A stretch of DNA of 28,555 nucleotides from a virus. Its lineage: Duplodnaviria; Caudoviricetes. A program made the translations under genes and the position numbers. Numbering within the stretch: the first letter of the stretch is position 1; each line of letters starts with the position of its first letter. Positions 24,728 to 28,555 of the stretch are shown one piece after another. The notes under the pieces were generated by a model. It searched no databases and was not told the DNA's origin. It saw only the letters and a program-made list of their open reading frames with translations. The stretch spans positions 1-28,555 of IMG/VR virus record IMGVR_UViG_3300021444_000005, one strand, 5' to 3'.

Positions 24728-25876
24728 ATGACTGACCGCACAGTGCAATCGCAGGACGGCGCGTCACTTGAGCGCTTGCATGATAATGGAGACGGCACAT
24801 TTTCACGCGTCGTTTATGTACAAAATCCTGGCGGCGGCGGTGGCGGCGGATCGCTGTCCGATACCATCCTGACCGATGACAGCGGAACGTTCTTCATTGC
24901 CCGAGACAGTGGCACCGCGCTGACTTACATCACGCTGAGCGGTTCACCGTACACCCCAAGCACCAACATTCGACCGGCCGATGTGCCGGGCATCGCTCAG
25001 CTCCATACAGACAACGGCGCAGATGGTAATGGCATAACCCCGCCGACTGGCGGTGCAGGCATTCGCGGCTGGCTGTCAGGCATCTACAAGGCAATCACCG
25101 GTAACGTGACCATTATTGACGCATTTCAAGCGCCAATCGTAACGAACTGGACTTCGGCTACCGCCCAGAATACGGCCGTGACGATGGTGACATCTGGATA
25201 TGACCTGGTCAACGTCACCATCAATCCTCCAGCAGGCTTGACGGGTGGCGCTATCAGTTTCCAAGTGTACGACGGTGCAGGCTGGATTGCAGTAAAAGCT
25301 GCGCGTACCGACTCGTACCTGACTGATTCCACCTTCCAACTGACTAACTCGCCAGGCTTCAAGGCATGGCAAGTTCCTGTTTCAGGCTTCCCCCAGTTCA
25401 GGATCATCCTCAGCAGCGCCATCGTTGGCTCTGGTACTGTGGTAGCTACGACCATCGTATCGTCCGCTCCTGACGTCTCCATCGTAACGGCTGGCCTCGA
25501 TCCTCAATCTCCACTGCCGGCTGGTACGAATGCTCTGGGTAGCGTGATTACCACCAACGGCTATACGCCTTCGTCGGCGGTCATCGGCGCTGGCACGATC
25601 ACTGCGGCAACTGGCCTGGGAACTGTCACTGCTGCTGCAACGGACTACATCGCAGTCCTGGCAAATCCGACCGCGAACTATCTGTGCTTCCAGAACCAGC
25701 ACGCCAGCGCTAACATCTGGATCAATCCTCTAGGTCCGGCCTACGCATCGGGATCATATACCGGGCAAAAGATTCCGGCAGGCGGCTCCTTTGTATGGGA
25801 CGCACGCGTGCCGGTGACGGCGCTTCACGCAGCTAGCGATACCGCTGGCGCTAACTTCTTCGTGCAGGTGGCATAA
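24728..25876 (+). CDS. Gly/Thr/Ser-rich beta-sandwich virion-type protein (382 aa), putative spike/fibre component
   Basis: SD AGGGGG before ATG 24728 (the track start 24374 overlaps terS); beta-rich domains; TAATG coupling to the next gene. Confidence 0.75.
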   Translation: MTDRTVQSQDGASLERLHDNGDGTFSRVVYVQNPGGGGGGGSLSDTILTDDSGTFFIARDSGTALTYITLSGSPYTPSTNIRPADVPGIAQLHTDNGADGNGITPPTGGAGIRGWLSGIYKAITGNVTIIDAFQAPIVTNWTSATAQNTAVTMVTSGYDLVNVTINPPAGLTGGAISFQVYDGAGWIAVKAARTDSYLTDSTFQLTNSPGFKAWQVPVSGFPQFRIILSSAIVGSGTVVATTIVSSAPDVSIVTAGLDPQSPLPAGTNALGSVITTNGYTPSSAVIGAGTITAATGLGTVTAAATDYIAVLANPTANYLCFQNQHASANIWINPLGPAYASGSYTGQKIPAGGSFVWDARVPVTALHAASDTAGANFFVQVA

Positions 25877-28170
25877 TGGGCGGCGCAATCAATCCAATCA
25901 GCTCCGCCAGCTATGGCGTCCTTGAGCTTTATCCAAGCGGAGATACCACCGGCGTCACTGACTTGGCGAACATTCAAACCGCGTTGAACTTGACGGCCCA
26001 AGGCGCAAAGATGCGTCTTCGCAAGGGTACAGGTGCCGGTAATTACTACGTCAATGCAGCCATCCAAATGCCTACCAACGGCCATCTCGATTCCGATGCC
26101 GGCGTGACAATTCAACTAGTGGGCGGCGTCCTCGGCTTGGCGGGATGCTCTTGGTCGTCTTCGGTGAATCCGACGCAGGTTACCGTGCCGAACGTGGCCG
26201 GCATCACGGCCGGTATGCTGGTATCTGATGCAGCGGGTAATCTGGCAGCTGGAACTCCATTTGTTGGTATGCCGTTTGGTGCCAGGATTATCAATATCGT
26301 CGGTAACATTCTTTTCCTCTCTGCCAACGTATTGACGACCAATGCCAACGGCACGCTGAATTTCCACGTTACCGACAACGTAATCACCTGCCAGAGCGTC
26401 AGCAACTTCTCCATCACTTGCCGCGATGGCTGGCTGAACTTGGACGGCAATTACGCCATCTGCTACCCCTACGATGTGACTTCGCAGGACGGTCTACGCA
26501 ATGCGCTGTACATGAATCAAGTGAATGACTTCTTAGTAGATGGAGTTTGTGGTCAAAATGCAATTTATCATGGTTTCCAATGTACCGGCCCGAACAGTGG
26601 TGCCAAGATCGGTCGTTATCGTGGCTATCACAATGGGTTCAGAGATATCCAGTTGGAATCGGGAAATACTGTCCTGCACGGGACGGTGACGGCTACGACT
26701 TCTTCCCCTACCTTGACCGGTGTCGGCACTAAGTTCACGACTGAACTATCACAAGGCGACACTGTTTATAACCTGTCAAATGCACTGATCGGCACCGTGT
26801 TGACCATCACTTCTGACACCGTGGCTACTCTGGTAGCAAATGCGGCCGTTGCTGTAACAGCGGCCGCAATACAAAACGCTCGCTCCTTCCGCGACAACCA
26901 AATCACGTCAATCGAAGCGAGCTTTAGCGGCTGGCAGGCATTCCGCACTCGGCAAGGTTCTGAGGTCAATGCTGGCGTATTCATCGCCTTTGCGAACAAC
27001 GTCAATACCCAGGTCGGTAGCATCCGTGTCAAGAATAGCTACGGAAACGGGGTGGCTATTACTGGCGGCATCAATCAGTACCTCACAGGATATCCAACGG
27101 CTGTTACAAAACGCTTCCAAGTTGGTCAGATCATCGCCGAGAGCTGCGGCTACGGCGTTGCACTGTATAACGGCCTGAGCAAATCTGAAATTGGCCCGAT
27201 TAACGCAGCCGGCACTCAGACGTATATTCCAACTGGATGCGATACAGTGTCAGCCTCGTCGTACTTGGTCTACTACGTGGATACGAACGGCACCGAGCAT
27301 TCGATCAAGGCCCGAGATATCGACTTGCCGACAGGCTCCATTGCGGCGTATGGTATCCAGTTCGGTCAGCGAATCGTCATGTCTGGCGGAACGACAGGGA
27401 TGAACTTTGATGGTGCCACTATTTGGACTATCACCCCTGGAGGTGGCGCAGGTGGCAAAGACCGCGTGAGCGTGATCTATGAAAATAATGAAGCCAGTGA
27501 TCCATACACCACCGCAGCAACTAATACATGGGCGCATATCTGGAGCGTCCGTGGTTCTGCGACATTCTGGAGCACCTCTCCCGGAACTGGAACGCCTTTA
27601 AAAGACATCAAGATAGCTTCTATTGAATCTCATAACTGCGCTAAAGGAGCGATCCTATGCTCCAATTATTCGACCACTACTTATGACTACCTGGACATCG
27701 ACATCGGCTTTATAACGGCCGATGGTGGTGTACAGGGCATCAACATTGGCGGCTGGCAGAATTTCTCGTTCGGCGCTCTGCGTCAACGCGACCTTGGCAG
27801 CTATAACCCGCATATCAACTCCGCAGGCCAGGACTCGTTTATTAATAACTGCTCCGGTTTTGAGATTCGTAACTTTTCGCATGAGCAGTTCTCGGCTGCT
27901 TATACCGATGGCGGCACGCGTCTGAAACTGGATGCAAACTGCCGCGACGGGATTATCTACGCCAAGGGGCTGCTCGCGCCGGCATCGCTGCCCGCCATCC
28001 AAGTGCTTACGCCTTCAGGTGCAGGCGCTAATTCGGTAGGATCAACCGGCCCAATCGTCTTGGTCAATCCAACGGGTGCGACGGGCGCGACGTTGACAGT
28101 TGCCGCATCGCAAATCAGCAGAGTAGACGCCACGGCCTGCATTATCACGCGGCCGTCTGACTCGCCTTAA
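25876..28170 (+). CDS. Tailspike/depolymerase-like parallel beta-helix protein (764 aa)
   Basis: N-terminal PSGDTTGVTDLANIQTALN (Pectate_lyase_3-type cap), LNLDGN, Asn/Gly-rich beta rungs, inserted fibre-type modules. Confidence 0.7.
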   Translation: MGGAINPISSASYGVLELYPSGDTTGVTDLANIQTALNLTAQGAKMRLRKGTGAGNYYVNAAIQMPTNGHLDSDAGVTIQLVGGVLGLAGCSWSSSVNPTQVTVPNVAGITAGMLVSDAAGNLAAGTPFVGMPFGARIINIVGNILFLSANVLTTNANGTLNFHVTDNVITCQSVSNFSITCRDGWLNLDGNYAICYPYDVTSQDGLRNALYMNQVNDFLVDGVCGQNAIYHGFQCTGPNSGAKIGRYRGYHNGFRDIQLESGNTVLHGTVTATTSSPTLTGVGTKFTTELSQGDTVYNLSNALIGTVLTITSDTVATLVANAAVAVTAAAIQNARSFRDNQITSIEASFSGWQAFRTRQGSEVNAGVFIAFANNVNTQVGSIRVKNSYGNGVAITGGINQYLTGYPTAVTKRFQVGQIIAESCGYGVALYNGLSKSEIGPINAAGTQTYIPTGCDTVSASSYLVYYVDTNGTEHSIKARDIDLPTGSIAAYGIQFGQRIVMSGGTTGMNFDGATIWTITPGGGAGGKDRVSVIYENNEASDPYTTAATNTWAHIWSVRGSATFWSTSPGTGTPLKDIKIASIESHNCAKGAILCSNYSTTTYDYLDIDIGFITADGGVQGINIGGWQNFSFGALRQRDLGSYNPHINSAGQDSFINNCSGFEIRNFSHEQFSAAYTDGGTRLKLDANCRDGIIYAKGLLAPASLPAIQVLTPSGAGANSVGSTGPIVLVNPTGATGATLTVAASQISRVDATACIITRPSDSP

Positions 28171-28186
28171 GCCTCTCGTGAGACAC

Positions 28187-28214
28187 AAAGCCGCCTACTC
28201 TGGCGGCTTTTTTT
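28187..28214 (+). terminator. Rho-independent terminator (possibly bidirectional)
   Basis: AAAGCCGCC-TACTCT-GGCGGCTTT with a T7 run, between convergent genes. Confidence 0.88.
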
Positions 28215-28515
28215 ATCCCTCCGACCCTTCTCTCTGCAGAACTTGGCGCCGCTCTTTCATCATGGCCTCGGCGATAAGGTAGGCTTTCTTGGCGATGAAG
28301 ACTTCTTCCAAAATGCCGCAACCATCTTCTCGAGCATCAAGTAGTTCGTCCTCCAGCAATACACGCATCGCTTGGCCAGCAAACCGATCACGCGTGGCAA
28401 TGAAATTGTCGCGGGATATTTTCGCCTGGTGAACCTCCATCGAGTTGCGCATTTCCTCGGTGATCTTGGCGAAATGCTTAGCGAACTCGTCGTCGCCTCC
28501 GTTGTTGTCGTTCAT
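28213..28515 (-). CDS. Conserved phage hypothetical protein (RDxFA...AYxxADAM-type)
   Basis: SD GGGAG; RDRFAGQAM and AKKAYLIAEAMMKER, a motif pair common in small phage proteins. Confidence 0.8.
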   Translation of the reverse strand: MNDNNGGDDEFAKHFAKITEEMRNSMEVHQAKISRDNFIATRDRFAGQAMRVLLEDELLDAREDGCGILEEVFIAKKAYLIAEAMMKERRQVLQREGSEG

Positions 28516-28555
28516 TTTTCTTCTCCCATTAAAGATATTTTTTTGTTTAAACCAT

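Noticed and set aside
1-28555. CRISPR array, tRNA, integrase/att site, alternative genetic code
   Set aside because: None seen by eye; coding density is near complete under the standard code and all three stop codons end genes. Prophage versus free phage cannot be decided from this window.

Overview
Virion-morphogenesis and lysis arm of a tailed dsDNA phage or prophage (siphovirus layout; two-component spanins imply a Gram-negative host). On the minus strand, right to left: terS, terL, a small His/Ala-rich protein, portal fused to a Mu-gpF-like minor head domain, a free-standing GIY-YIG endonuclease, XkdF-type prohead protease/scaffold, major capsid, neck genes, tail tube, frameshifted tail chaperones, tape measure, an RcGTA-like tail tip set and a 1502-aa tail tip/fibre with an S74 chaperone. 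These are followed by an unannotated 39-aa peptide plus multi-TM protein pair and a lysis cassette (two holin-like genes, T4-type lysozyme, Rz/Rz1). At the left end a Gly-rich/coiled-coil/Gln-rich protein is divergent from a tiny putative DNA-binding gene. At the right, a separate plus-strand two-gene unit divergent from terS encodes a beta-sandwich protein and a beta-helix depolymerase-like protein. The best candidates for undescribed biology are the peptide/membrane pair heading the lysis genes, the left-end module and the divergent spike/depolymerase unit. All family assignments come from motif recognition and synteny; no searches were run.
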